A DNA stretch of 64,000 nt from Eledone cirrhosa (Eukaryota), in contig OZ024742.1 in NCBI GenBank assembly GCA_964016885.1, forward strand, positions 335,854,001-335,918,000, written 5' to 3'. The notes below the pieces were generated by a model that ran no database searches, had not been told where the DNA came from, and was given only the letters and a program-made list of their open reading frames with translations. Positions within the stretch are counted from its first letter, which is position 1. Each line of letters begins with the position of its first letter. Shown one piece after another: positions 29,961 through 44,344 of this stretch. The position numbers and the translations under genes were made by a program.

Positions 29961-30174
29961 AACAATACACACACAAGCACACGCACACACTCACACGCAC
30001 ACACACACACAGACACAGACACACACACACACACACACACGCACACACATATATATATGGATGCAAACCTTATTCATGATACTAGATTTGTTGCATAAAA
30101 TTATCAGTAAGTGCAAATAATTGGATATTTACACCAACACAAGCGCATGCGCACAAATCACACACACACACACT

Positions 30175-30229
<55 letters not shown>

Positions 30230-30331
30230 ATGGATAGAGAAATGTCTTCTGTAGAAACATTATCATTGCTTATGATAAGTAAAAAGAATATAAAACATAT
30301 TTATCCCGGCATTACACAATCCATCTACAAT

Positions 30332-30361
<30 letters not shown>

Positions 30362-30362
<1 letters not shown>

Positions 30363-30500
30363 CAATATATTAACAAATGGAAACTATATTTATAAAACCA
30401 TATTTATTTCATTATACATATTTCAAGTGCCACCAGAGCAAACTATGGTGCGATTTCATAAGATAAAATATAATATAGGTTAGTTTTATAAATAAATATT
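30362..30500 (-). mobile_element. PLE terminal fragment with a degenerate hammerhead at 30405-30470
   Basis: Reverse-complement homolog of 6734-6845. Core reads CTTATGA. Confidence 0.7.
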
Positions 30501-30703
30501 GACATACCCTTAAAAAATGCAACCATTCTGGTTGGAATCTCCTGGATAGTGGAGTTATTAGATTTATTGTTGGTTTATTATGCAAATTAGTGTTGGAAAG
30601 GTTTAAAACAGTATATTTAAATTAGTATGTTTAAATTAAGCCGTTGGAATAGGGAAAAAAGAAAGAGAAAAAAACGAAGGAAAGAAAGAAAGAAAGAGAG
30701 ACA

Positions 30704-30759
<56 letters not shown>

Positions 30760-31759
30760 CTCTTTTTTTAGATGTATAAGCATGCCCATGCGCGGGTACA
30801 TGTATGTATGTGTGTCCACTCACATATGCATACATGCTTGTGTATGCATATCGGGGTAGATGTATTTGTTTGAACATGTCTGTTTAAGTGTATGCATGTG
30901 TATGTGTAGATTTTTTCTTCTGTATATGTGCAGCGTCTTAACTATATACGATTTCCCGAGTACAGTATGTGTGTGTAGATATGTGTATATTTATAAAAAA
31001 TACCTTTGAATTAACTTTTTTGAAAGGCTATTTCAAGCATTCTTTTAAAAACGTTCTTTTTACAGGGTTTTTGTTTTTTAAATGTGTGTTTTTTACAGGT
31101 ATTTTGAGGGTGTGTTTTTCTGAAACGTTCTGTTAAATATTTTTCCTTTTTTTTTTAAATTCTTTCCAAGTATTCGCTGCACATTCAATATCTACTGTGA
31201 TTGTCGAATATTTGTTGCGGGTGTGTACGTGATCGTTGTGGGTGTATAAGTGCCCGTATCTATCACGCCTGCGCGAAACATGGACATGAGTAAGGGCCCC
31301 TACAGGTTGAAAGGGCGGTGACAGTGTGCGAGTGGTTCAATCATATACTCCCTTACCTCCTACAGTAGTAATTCCGATTTAAGAAACAACTTTGATTGAC
31401 AGGTGGCGAATAAAAGGAACCAAATATAGGACGGCCATAAGTGGCCAAAAATACCGATGACGTGTACAATTCTTGACCACTCATAGAATGACAACAACAG
31501 GATCTAAGCTGCCGAGTGAGGGCCGCGGGTGTAACTGGACATTTGGAAACACTGCTTCGTAGAACCGAGACGTATCTTGGACCTTGCGATTTCAGAGTCA
31601 GGTTCGATCATTACATCGATCGTGCCTCGAGCTGGTCGCCAGAGAAACGATTGTAATATGTCTAATAAATTTTATTCGTCGCGACACTGATTCTCCGTTT
31701 CTTATGTGATATATTGGCATATGCGAAGAGAAAAAATATATTACATTTTGTCATATATT

Positions 31760-33750
31760 TGATTTTGTTATTGTCTCTGATCTCTTCGATTCTGTGCTGG
31801 ATGTTCGGGTTAAGAGATGGGCTGAGCTGTCAACTGATTATTTAATTATCCTGAGACTGCCTAAAGCCAAGAAACCCACAAACATTGCATGCCCAGCTCG
31901 ACCTACAGGATAAAATGGGAAGATGAAGTCAGGAACAGGTTTGCGGATACTATTACATGCAAATTCAGAGAACTATCTGAGAAAACTGAAGACGTTGAAA
32001 CAGAGTGGAGACTGTTCAGCTCAGTAGTTTCTGATTCAGCTGTTAAAAGCTGCGGGAGAAAACAGCTTTTGGCATGAGGCCCCTTAGTTCAATCAAGGGG
32101 TCAAAGACGCCACCTGACCAAAGAAAGAGGCTTGCGAAATGTGGCTTCGAAACAAGCCTTCCTTCTTGTACCTGCGGATCAAGCAGGTGCGAAAAGTCCC
32201 AGCAGAGATAGTAAAGGCGTCCGAAATTAAGACATGGTAGGACTTTCAGTTTAAGCTGGAATCCAACTTCAGATCAGTGTTTTGGCACACCATCCGCTAA
32301 CATCTGAAGTCCTTCTCCACACCTGCCATCGGCGTGTGTCTGGCGTTCTCTGCTCTTTGGAGAGGTGCAGCCTCGTAAAGTGGAGAGAATACTTTGCCGA
32401 TCTCCTGCACCCGGTGACAGCAGCATTTTCTGATGAGCACATAGTGATCTGGGAGCGATGTCTTAACAATGGTAATCCGGAATGATAATCCCGATTTTCA
32501 ACAAAAGTAACAAGAGAGATTGCTCCAGTTATAGAGGGATCTCCTTGTTATGCCTCCCGGTAAAATCTATGCTAAGTCTGGCAAAGAGATGCAGGGATAT
32601 TGTCGAGTCTACATAAGCTGGTGAACTGCGTGATTTTCGTCCCGGACGCAACTCAGTCAAATAAATATTCACACTGAGGCAGGTCTTTGAGAAATCATGG
32701 GAATATTGCCAAGAGGTGCATTTCTGTTTCGTAGACCTCTAAAAGGCATATGACTGTGTTCCACGGGACCTGTTGTGGTAGTGTCTGCAGCCTCTTGTTG
32801 CCCTGATGTATCTGTACGAATGCCCGAGTATTTGTGTTCGGATAAATGTTGCTAAATTGAAATCATTCAATGTGGGAGTCGGACTCCGCCGAAGGTGCGT
32901 ATTGTCACCTCTCTTGTTCATAATCTTCATGGATAGGATTGACATGCGCGTCCATGTTGGAAGTGGTGTCAAAATCGGCAAGTTGGTACCAAACGTGTAT
33001 CGGTCGGTTGGAATTTAGAGACGACAGGGTATTACTTAACCCACCAAAATATGATCTTTCACATACACGGGATAGATTTGTTGCCGAGTGCTGCTCTGCA
33101 GGACTGAAATTCAGTGCTGTAAGAACTGAGACACTCGCCCCCCCAAAGGAAGCCTGCGCAGTGAACTCCACATGTAAGTGGAGTTCCACGGATTCAGGTG
33201 GAGAAGATCAAATATCTCGGGACCATGTTCACGAGTGATGGAAGCCAGGAAACTAAATTAAGTGCAAGAATTGCAGGAGCTGGTGCAGTAATGCGCCAGC
33301 TTCAGCATTCGGTCCACAGAAGAAGGGATGTAAGTGTAAAAGCTAAACTCGTTATCTTCGGTGTTTGTGCCAACCTTTAACCGTGCTCATGAATCTTGGG
33401 TAATGCCTGAATAAATACGATCGGGAATACAAACAGACGAAATGGGGTTCCTCCGAAGGGTCTTTGAGGTAACGTTACCCGATAGAGTGCGTAGCTCAGA
33501 GATCAGAGAGTCGCTCCAGATAGAGCCGCTACTTCTTCGAATTGAGAGATTGTAGCTTCGATATGACGGACATGTAGTTAGAATGGCTAAAGAAAGAATC
33601 ACTGGACATATTTTACGAGCAAAACCAACGGGAAGGAGACCCAGGTGTACACCCTGAGGAAGATGGTTGGGTAATACCCATGAGCTCGGCTGCTCTCGGT
33701 TGGTGATCCAGTTGGATCAAATGGAGAGATTGCTTCTGACTAGAGGCAAC
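31760..33750 (+). mobile_element. Heavily degraded RTE LINE
   Basis: Remnants include WREYFADLL, YRGISLL, CFVDL*KAYDCVPR, LSPLLFIIFMDRI, IKYLGTMFTSDG and EPLLLRIER. Confidence 0.8.
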
Positions 33751-34263
33751 AAATTTATCTTGCTGCTATATTTTTGTTTTCCTTCTCCAAAAAGAAAATG
33801 ACGATATATACATAGCGTGTCATTGTAACCTATTAATAAACATAAATCTAGTGTCGAAGTGGCTGCTTGCAAAAGCCTTAAATGATGATGACATGTATAT
33901 ATATATATATTTATATTTTAGTAATTCATCTTTTAATAACTTCTACTATTTTCTACCATTGAAATTCTCCTAATAATCGTATTTAAGACTATTCAACAGA
34001 TTTCGTAATATAATCAGTTTGTCTCCCCACACCCCCGGCTGACAGAATGGAGAAAGCATTTCCCCGGAGGCCGGCAAGGGAGATTTCAACATTAAATATG
34101 AAGTAAAAGCTTAAACTAAACTGGTGTTTCTCTTTTTAATCTATTCGATTTGTCACCCTTGTATTTTTAATTTACATTGTACTGTCTTTCCTAAAACATC
34201 ATAACCAATTAATAAAGAATTAAGTTGAACTTTTAAGTACATAAAAGTTTAATTTAACTATCA

Positions 34264-34306
<43 letters not shown>

Positions 34307-34534
34307 TATGTGTATACATTGGTATTAATGAATTAGTTTACGTGCTGTGTTTGCTATCAGGAGAATTTCTAACAGTTGTCAACATCGCATCGATGTATAA
34401 ATTAGTTCAACCACCAAAAAGCTGAAAACAGTATTTTTATGTAGTTTACGGCTATTGTGTCTCATGAGAGCCACATGGAGCCTGTCGTCTGCCTGTATGC
34501 ATCTTTATCCTACAAGTCAAAATATAATATCACT

Positions 34535-34746
34535 ATATAAATAAATATCAAGTGATTATGCCAACTTGTAATGTCGGGCAACCGTGCTGAAATATTATGA
34601 TTAAGATATGAAATATCACGTGATAACACCGTACATTTAGCAATGTATTGTGTTGTCACGTGATATTTCATATTTCAATCATCATAATATTTTAGCACGA
34701 TTGTCCGACATTTAAGTTGGCACAATCACTTGATATTTATTTATAT
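34535..34746. mobile_element. Foldback/MITE-like element of about 210 bp, almost entirely an imperfect palindrome
   Basis: atataaataaatatcaagtgatt...aatcacttgatatttatttatat. The arms pair through to a short central loop. Confidence 0.75.
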
Positions 34747-35294
34747 TTCATTTGTAATATTGCCGCAAGGCCACCCATTTCGGGATAGAGTAAAGTCGAT
34801 TGAATTAACCCCTAGTACTTGACTGCATTTATTTTATAGTATTTAGCATTAGATCCAGGCTTTACTGCTCAACGTGTCAAACTACCAACCACTATCCAGT
34901 ATATTTATCATAAAACCCCATAGCGTGGGAACTATATGGCGTCCTCGATCCCCTATCAACCTCTTTACTCACTGATGGAGACAGCCACTCGCCAGAAAAA
35001 ATCCCATGAATTTGACTGGCTATTTCGGCGCACATCTCTTGTATTCACCGGGACCATGAGGAAGCATCTTATGTTTTGCAAAGGACATGAGACGATATAA
35101 GACATTTAGTTTTTGAAGTTGTTTAAGTAAAAGTCTGTCATCATGTTTCGAGGCATACCTTGTCTTTCTTAGACTCAGGAATCCAAGTTTTGGTGATAGT
35201 TATAACCTCCTCCTCCTCCTCCTCCTCCTCCTCCTCCTCCTCCTTATTCTTATTCTTTTTTTTCTTATTTCTTCTTCTTCTTCCTCCTCCTCCA

Positions 35295-35341
<47 letters not shown>

Positions 35342-35345
35342 TTCT

Positions 35346-35392
<47 letters not shown>

Positions 35393-35691
35393 TCCCCCCT
35401 CCTCCTCCTCCTCCTCTTCCACCACCACCACCACCACGACCCATCCTGACAAATACTGGTATATTTTTAATCTGACCCCACAATGAGAGCCAATTTGCAG
35501 CCTTTATATCAATGACAAAAAATAAAAAATGAAAATAAAAAGAATTAAAAAAAAGAAATTGTGAGAAATGAGGAGGGGGAAAATTCTGCAATCTTGGCTA
35601 GACAATAAATCTGAGCTGCTCTTTGAAGTCAGATAGCGGCGAAAATATTGCCGCGGAAAACAGCCAAGAATACCAACTGCATCAACTATTC

Positions 35692-35893
35692 TACGTAGGT
35701 CGGCTGAAAAGTACCCAGGATGACCAAATTACTAAAATACTCTCGTTGATGACCAAAATAAGGTTTATTTCACAATATAGTCCCTAGAAAGAAACAATTA
35801 ATAAGCAGATTTGAAATTAATGTATGCAAGATTTCACAGCTCTAACATCACTCCTTCATAGTCAGCCTATGATCTTTTCACGCGACCCTCGTA
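35692..35893. mobile_element. Mariner-like MITE
   Basis: TA-cgtaggtcggctgaaaag ... cttttcacgcgaccctcg-TA: imperfect TIRs with TA flanks. Confidence 0.65.
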
Positions 35894-36271
35894 GCTCCCC
35901 GATGTTCCTTTCACAAAGATGATGCCACTATCCCGCTTCGGTGCAGGGAAACGGCCAATCCAGGGATCAAATATAGAGTTAGTCTCAATGGTAACCGGGC
36001 CAACTAGGTATCTGTCAAACAAAGCCTGGTATTTTATTAATTTACTTTTTTCCTCCTTGATTGTGGCCCGAATGAGGCACAGCCTTTTAAGAATTTAGTC
36101 TTTCAGTACTTACTTTTTTCATGTCTGGTGTTTATTTTATCAATCTCTTTTTGTCAAACCGCTAGGTTATGGGACATAAACAATAAACACACATATATAC
36201 AAACATACATATATACATACATACTAACACGCACACGCGTACACATACGCACAGGCTTACAGACACGCACG

Positions 36272-36464
<193 letters not shown>

Positions 36465-36786
36465 AGTATGGGGCGCACATGACGAAAACAATGGACACAA
36501 TGGACAAAACAACGGAAAAACGGACACTTCCATCTCCTCAGTAAACCTCAGGAAATCACTACAATTTCAGTACAATAAGATCGATAATGTTCATTCCAGT
36601 GCATATTGGGACATAACAAAATAGGTAGAGACAAAGAGAAGTTATGCTTTTCGGCGAATTACACAAATAAGATGAAAAAGTATCTCAAGTGCGTCGACTA
36701 ACAAAGAGAAAGAACGGTGCTCGAGGGCTTAACTACAGGAGAAAAGAAAACATATATATATATGTGTGTGTGTGTGTGCGCGTGTG

Positions 36787-36940
<154 letters not shown>

Positions 36941-37027
36941 TGTGTGTGTGTGTAACCCGGGTTCAATCGATGATTTCCTTCGAATGAAACAGTTCTAGTC
37001 CCGTAGAAGCCATTTCTATATTAAACA

Positions 37028-37154
<127 letters not shown>

Positions 37155-37819
37155 TGTGTGTGTGTATATATATATATATAAAGAATTTCGTTTCTAAATA
37201 TAAAAACTGGAAAGAAGCAGGTGGCGAAGTTAAAACACCTCAAAATACGGTAATTTATTATAATAAACCGTACAAAAGTCTATGCATCATACTTCCTTAA
37301 AACATTTTTTTCAAACAAGATATATATATATAAGAAGGGCTCCTACATTCCGTTTGTCAAATAATTTCATTCATATGATATTGGAAAAGCCGAGAGTGAA
37401 GTGGAAGATGCAACGCACAAGATGTAACGCAGTGGAATTGAACACGAAGCCACACGATTGCAAAGCGAATGCCTCGATGACAAACCATATTAGCGACTAT
37501 TTAGTCAAATATGTCTGGCATTTCACCGTTTCGTTGAACTGACAATCTAGGCGGAAAGGAATGTTTCCTTCTTGAAGCTCAAATTTTATATTAATCCTCA
37601 CCCCATCTCTCTCTTCCTCCTCCCTCTCTCTATAGAAAATTTCGTTTTCATGACATCATCATGTTGTCACGACGACACACATGGCATGTGAGATAAGAGA
37701 AACAATATTTGTCGTCAATGTCATCATGAATTTTTTCTCTCTTTTCATGCAAAAAAGAAAAAAAAAGAAAAAAAACGAAGAGAAAGGAGATAATATACGA
37801 CGACGGTGACTGCGGATAA

Positions 37820-37970
37820 TAACAATTGTTTTTACTTTTGGCCCAAAGCCAGCAATTATCCCAGTGCATTACTGGTACTTTATTTTATCGACCCCGTAAG
37901 GATGAAAGGCAAAGTTAACCTCGGTTGGATTTGAACTCAGACCGAAAAGGGACGTAACTCTATGCTGAAT
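37820..37970 (-). mobile_element. SINE family B
   Basis: Near-match to 46006-46197. Confidence 0.75.
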
Positions 37971-38269
37971 TATACTTTGACACAAGGCCAGCAATTTGAA
38001 GGGATTGACTCTTCTAGTTCTTTTTAACTATCTCTCCCTATATTCTAGTTTTTTCTATTGCTACGGCTTTGCTAAACCTTATCGATTCTACACTAATCAA
38101 CCATTTCTGCGCGCACCAACACTTGTTGTTGACAATTATCCCTGCCATCGCCCGCTTAACTAAATCACTAATCCGGTCTCTCTAGACTTTGAGCGTCGGG
38201 AATAAGGCGAGGCGTTCAGCTTCCAGTAACTAGATTCTTGCCTATGGGCCTATCTAGATCGAGCACACA

Positions 38270-39095
38270 TATCACAAATTTGTGGTCTTTGTATTCAACT
38301 ATTTTAAATTGTGGACAAACCTATGCTATCGTTGTCTACTTCCCCACAGAATACCCTATCTAGATACGATCTGGATGACCCGATGCAGTTCGCCCACATT
38401 GACGTTTTCTGGAAATCCAGTCGGTACCTGTCAGGCGCACGGCAGGAATGAAAATCTGTGCTATGAAGACTGAGACACACATCCTCTCAAGAAAACCCGT
38501 ACACTGCACTCTATATGTGAGTGGAATTCCACTGAAGCAGGTGGAGAAGAACAAGTATCAAATGGCCGTTTTCACAAATGATAGAAGGCAGGAGTTTTAA
38601 TTAAATGTAAGAATTGAGCTTCAGTGTTCGGTCATCAGAAGAAAGGAGGTAGGTGTAAAAGTCAAACTCGCTATCTTTAATTCGGCATTCCTGCCAACCC
38701 TTACCCATAGTGATTGATCTTGGGGAATGACGAAATAAATACGATCGCTAATACAAGCGGCTGAAATGGAGACCCCCGAATAGTCCCCGAAATGTAACTG
38801 GATAGAGTGCCTAGCTCGGTGATCAGGAAGTCACTTCAAATAGAGCTGCTACTTTTTCGAATTGAGAGATCACAACTCCGATGCAGGTGTGTGGTCAGAG
38901 TATCTCCGGAAGAAAATCGCCGGACAGATTTTACAGGCAAAACCAGATGATTGGAGAACCCAAATGTAGATCCCTCCTCCAGCAAAATGGTTGAATAACA
39001 TCCATGGATTCTTTTGGTCTAGCTTGGAGATCCAACTGGATCAATTGGAGACAGTTGATTCTGACAGGACCCCTCCTGAAGGCGTGTCCGATGAC
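38270..39095 (+). mobile_element. Degraded RTE 3' fragment (same family as 31760-33750)
   Basis: Nucleotide similarity to 33190-33740 (caggtggagaag...atagagctgctactt..tcgaattgagagat). Followed by (GAA)n. Confidence 0.75.
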
Positions 39096-39796
39096 TCTAA
39101 AAGAAGAAGAAGAAGAAGAAGAAGAAGAAGAAGAAGAAGAAGAAGAAAAAAGAAGAAGAAGAAGAAGAAGAAGAAGAAAGAAGAAGAAGAAGAAGAAGAA
39201 GAAGAAGAAGAAGAAGAAGAAGAAGAAAGAAAAGCAGGAGTTTTATCTCCTTCCTGCTCATTTATTTCCCCTATTCTCTAGACAGCTCTTAACTGTGTGA
39301 GTTTGTAGCTGCCTTTTTGGTTTCATTCACTGCACAAGCATTTTGCTTTCTCCTACATTTCTCTCTATATATTTTAATAGTTATTTATCTATTTTAATAT
39401 TTATTTATTTAATTGTTTATTTTTTTATAGTGATATCTCTCGATGTGCGGTCGTTCACGATCACGTGACTCCCGGCTCTCAAGTGGCAAGTACTAATTTC
39501 TTTAAATGAAATCCAATAATTATGTTAGAAGCTACGAGAAGACACAGAAATGCAATGAAAATATATATATAAGGAAAATAAAGAAATTTACTAGCAACAA
39601 CGGAGAAAATAAAGTTTTTATTCTCTATCTTACGTCACAAGTCATGTGTGTCGCTATGACAACAGGGCTATATGGAGAAAATATAAAGCAGGAGCGAGAG
39701 AGTGAGGGGGAGAGAGTGAGTGAGAGTGAGAGAGAGATAGAGAACAGAAGAGAGTGGGAGAGAAAGATAGAGAGAGAGTGAGAGAGAGAGAAAGAG

Positions 39797-39840
<44 letters not shown>

Positions 39841-39898
39841 GAAGGGATAGAAAGAAACAGAGAGATGGAGAAAACAGAAGAGAGTCAGCAAGAGAGAG

Positions 39899-39937
<39 letters not shown>

Positions 39938-40113
39938 AACGGAGAGATAGAGAAAAAAGAAGGGGTGGGGGAGAGAATGAGGGAAAGTGTGAGAGAGAGA
40001 GAGAGAGAGAGAGATAGAGAACAGGAAAGAGGGGATGAGAGAGGGAGATTGAGTGAGAGAAAGAAACAGAGATAGAGAAAACAGAAGAGAGTCAGCAAGC
40101 GAGAAAGAGATAT

Positions 40114-40182
<69 letters not shown>

Positions 40183-40254
40183 AAGAGAGAGAGAGAGACA
40201 GAGAAACGAAGAGATAGAGAAAACAGAAGAGGGTGGGGGAGAGAGTGAGGGAAA

Positions 40255-40285
<31 letters not shown>

Positions 40286-40454
40286 CAGGAAAGAGGGGGT
40301 GAGAGAGGGAGAGAGAGGGAGGGAAAGAAACAGAGATATAGAGAAAACAGAAGAGAGTCAATGAGAGAGAGAGAGAGAGGGAGAGAGAGAGAAGGGTAGA
40401 TAGATAGGTAGATGAATAGAGGGTAATAGATAAATGAATAGATAGACAGAGAAA

Positions 40455-40731
40455 TACAGTGGAACCTCGATTCACGAATTTAATACGTTCCTGGAGGGCT
40501 TCGTTATCTGAAATGTTCGTAAGCCAAATGTATTTTTCCCATACTAAATTTTGATAGATAAATGCAGTGAGGGAGTGACTGTGTGGGACAGACAGATATA
40601 TATATCACCATAGTAACTAATTACACAAAAGTGACACTTCCCACCTATAATTCAAGCCTGTCACTAACCGTGGTACCGGGTGGCGTGTTCGTTACTCGAG
40701 ATACCATTCGTCAACCGAGACGTTTTATTGA
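40455..40731. mobile_element. Tigger/pogo-like MITE remnant
   Basis: TA-cagtggaacctcg left TIR and internal ttcgt repeats. Right end is degenerate. Confidence 0.55.
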
Positions 40732-40784
40732 GATTGAGAGAATGAAAGAGGAAGAAAGGGAAGCGATAGAATGGATAGAGATAA

Positions 40785-41474
40785 AAGAAGAAGAAGAAGA
40801 AGAAGAAGAAGAAGAAGAAGAAGAAGAAGAAGAAGAAGAAGAAGAAAAAGAAAAAGAAAAAGAAAAAGAAAAAGAAAAAGAAAAAGAAAAAGAAAAAGAA
40901 AAAGAAAAAGAAGAAAAAGAAAAAGAAGAAAAAGAAGAAAAAGAAGAAAAAGAAAAAGAAGAAAAAGAAGAAAAAGAAGAAAAAGAAGAAAAAGAAGAAA
41001 AAGAAGAAAAAGAAGAAAAATAAAAATAAAAATAAAAATAAAAATAAAAATAAAAATAAAAATAAAAATAAAAATAAAAATAAAAATAAAAATAAAAATA
41101 AAAATAAAAATAAAAATAAAAATAAAAATAAAAATAAAAATAAAAATAAAAATAAAAATAAAAATAAAAATAAAAATAAAAAAAAATAAAATAAAAAGAA
41201 AGATAATAAAAAGAAAAAGAAAAAGAAAAAGAAAAAGAAAAAGAAATGAAAAAGAAAATGAAAAAGAAAATGAAAAAGAAAATGAAAAAGAAAATGAAAA
41301 AGAAAATGAAAAAGAAAATGAAAATGAAAAATAAAAAAAAAGGAAAAGGAAAAGGAAAAGGAAAAGGAAAAGGAAAAGGAAAAATAAAAATAAAAATAAA
41401 AATAAAAATAAAAATAAAAATAAAAATAAAATAAAATAAAATAAAATAAAATAAAATAAAATAAAATAAAATAA

Positions 41475-41505
<31 letters not shown>

Positions 41506-41572
41506 GAAAATGAAAAAGAAATAGAAAAAGAAAAAGAAAAAGAAAAAGAAAAAGAAAATGAAGAAGAAAAAG
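40785..41572. repeat. Compound A-rich microsatellite
   Basis: Successive (GAA), (GAAAAA), (GAAGAAAAA), (TAAAAA), (GAAAATGAAAAA), (GGAAAA) and (TAAAA) blocks. Confidence 0.95.
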
Positions 41573-41647
41573 TACCCTATGTACTATACATGCACTTTTG
41601 ATGAGTTGTAGTGCATCTGAGCACTGTACACAATATTTTCATTATTA

Positions 41648-42100
41648 ACCTTCCTTTGGCCAGGAAGGGCAGGCAATCCCTCATCAACTTTTTCAAGTTT
41701 CACTTGGAAAGGAAGGTGAGGGTGGAGAGAGAAGTGCTGCCCCCAGTACATTTGCTGAAAGGTGGGTGAATGTGGCGAGAATGGCCCGTGTGAGTGGGCC
41801 TACTCTGGTCATGCGGCTGTAGGTGGGTAAATTTCAGGAGGAGAGGGTGCCCTTCCAGGGTGCTCTCGAAGCGTCGGGTTGTTCAGGATTGGTGGGGTAC
41901 TTGAGCGAACCCTGGGTGGTCATCCCCCCTATTAGGGAATTTTTCTTGTATTTTTCTTGTTACTTTATTACTTTATTATTGTCATTCATATTGTTTACTC
42001 GATTTTTCTGTAAAACCCCACTGTCCCAGTCTTTTGTATTGTCCCCTATATGTCGGCCTTTGTGGCCCTTGTGACCCTTGTGGCCAATAAATGAAATCAT
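41648..42100 (+). mobile_element. Tx1/L1-clade LINE 3'-end fragment
   Basis: Encodes LINFFKFHLERKVRVEREVL..FAERWVNVARMARVSGPTL and ends gtggccaataaatgaaa. Confidence 0.85.
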
Positions 42101-42103
42101 TAT

Positions 42104-42134
<31 letters not shown>

Positions 42135-42199
42135 AAGAAGAAGAAGAAGAAGAAGAAGAAGAAGAAGAAGAAATGCAGACGTTACAAAATACGAGTAAT

Positions 42200-42340
42200 A
42201 ATAATTGTTTCTACTTTTGGTACAAGGCCAGCAATTATTCCAGTGCATTATTGGTACTTTATTTTATCGACCCTGTAAGGATGAAAAGCAAAGCGAATCT
42301 CGGCAAGATTTGAACTCAGAACGTAAAGAGACGTAACTCT
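42200..42340 (-). mobile_element. SINE family B
   Basis: Near-match to 46006-46145. Confidence 0.75.
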
Positions 42341-43075
42341 AAATTCAGCATCTGATATATTTTTAGCTTTAACTCTCCTGCTCTGAGCCGGTGTTACAGT
42401 GAAGTCCGTATACTAGTGTTACTCCAATTCAAGTTGCATACAATAGTCCACTGCGATGATAAAAAGTTAGGGAGCCAATGTATCTCACTGGAGCACTCCA
42501 GCCAGTATCTCAAAGAACTCCGTCATTCCGTCTGGTGTGATGACTTGGGTGTGATGTTGGTGTAGAGCAGTGATATCAGGTCCACTATCTTCTTGGGGAT
42601 TTCATAAGCCTGTAAGATCTCCATCAGGCAGTCCCGGTCCCTAAAATCAAAGGCCCTCCTGAAGTCAATGAAAACCATGACAGCAGGAAGGCTGTTTCCT
42701 CTAGCTCCCTCTCGAATCCTCCTCAGTATCAGGATGAGACCGGTGATTGATCATCACTCCCTGAAGCACTTCTGGTTGTCCCTGAGCTTCTTTTCCATCT
42801 CGGGTCGGATCCGGTTACGAATCTCCCTGGTGAGAGTCTTTGCCACAAGTGACGTCAGTGAGATGCCCCTGTAGTTGTTAGTGTCAGAGAGATCTCCTTT
42901 CCTTAGTACTGGGACTATATTAGTGATCCTCCCCTTATGCGGGGCAACCCCTTTCACCAGTGCCTGGTTACAGAACTCCAGAATGATATCATCAAAATCC
43001 CACCTCTTCATCACCTCGGATGCCACTCCATCTTCTCCATAGAACTTACTCTCCTTGGCTCTCCTTTCATCTTCC
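42341..43075 (-). mobile_element. RTE RT-domain fragment
   Basis: KGDLSDTNNYRGISLTSLVAK, FIDFRRAFD and GVLQ*DTLAP. Ends just before the ADD motif. Confidence 0.85.
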
Positions 43076-43085
43076 TATCCTCGAG

Positions 43086-44340
43086 TGATAATACCTTACT
43101 CGAGTGGCGCCGTTAAGGTATTATCAGCCAGTGAATAGAACTATGGAGAGTAATATTAACAGCACTAGGGTTAGAGCCTCTAACTACATTGTCAAGGAGC
43201 AGTTAGGTCCTTATGGCTCTGCTGGTTTAGAGCCGCAGGGAGGGCCGGTAGATGACGGATGGGCTGACTCTGAGACACTACAGAAAAATACAAAAAACTC
43301 AGTTTTGTCCTGCAGAAGAGCCATTAAAATCGGCATACTTCATGTGAAGACTGTTAGGATGCTGGAGAGGAGTTGGGTCATCTGTTTGAGGAAAGTAGTG
43401 TGCAGATCCCTGCGATCCAGGAACACAGGATTCTACATGATGAATCCGTGAAGAGGACGATGATCGGAAGGAGGAGCAGGCTCATCACCACATCAGCTGT
43501 GAGGAACACAACTAATGCTGCAGTAGGAGGAGTGGAGGATTTGTGTTGAGTGCAGGGACTAATCAATTAGTGAGGGAGGTCATACCTGTCTGCCCACAAG
43601 TTTTTGCGTGACATTCAATGGAATCTCAAGACTGACAGTCATCTCAGCCTATAGTCAAACTGGGGCGGACAGTGATGAGAGAGCAGTGAAGATCCCTGCT
43701 GGTATTTCCAAGACAACACTAACCGAAACGGAAGGCTACTCAGGGACACCCTGCTGGAGGCGAACCTAATGGCAACCAATATACGGTTTAGGAAGAATCC
43801 AGGGAAGATGTGGAGCTACATCTCTGATATGTATCTGACCAACATTGATTTCATTCTGATGAGGAGGAAGTGGCAGAATAGTATTCTAAACACAGAACCC
43901 TACAGTTATTTCAGTAAACTAGGCAGTGAACCCCGGCTTGTTTTGAGTGAGGTCAGGTGAGCTTAAGAAATATTAAGGCTAAGCCTCGGAGAGCTCTATC
44001 TATGACTGGGGAACTTTCAAGGAAGATGATGAGTTACAGGAGAAATAAACAGTAGAGGTGAGGAACAGGTTCAATGCTCTATGAGGAGAGGCGGAGGAGA
44101 AAGAGAATGTGGGGACTGAGGAGAGTGTGACGAGGAGATACGGGTTCTTCACTACTGTAGTGAATGTTGGGGTGAGGAAGGAAGAACTCTATGTCGCTTA
44201 CACTTAAGACAGAGAAGAGGTGCTGATGGATAAGATCAGGAGTGTTGAGAGAGCGGTGGGCATATGTAGGCGTAAAGTGAGCTGGACGATCATAAACAAG
44301 ATCACAGTAAGGAAGAGAGGGAGTCCGATTCAGAGGAATA
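43086..44340 (+). mobile_element. RTE 5' region (5'UTR, APE endonuclease, linker), degraded and inverted relative to the adjacent RT fragment
   Basis: IQEHRILH, TSAVRNTTNAAVGG, TNIRFRKNPGKMWSY and IDFILMRRKWQNSI. Confidence 0.8.
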
Positions 44341-44344
44341 TATA

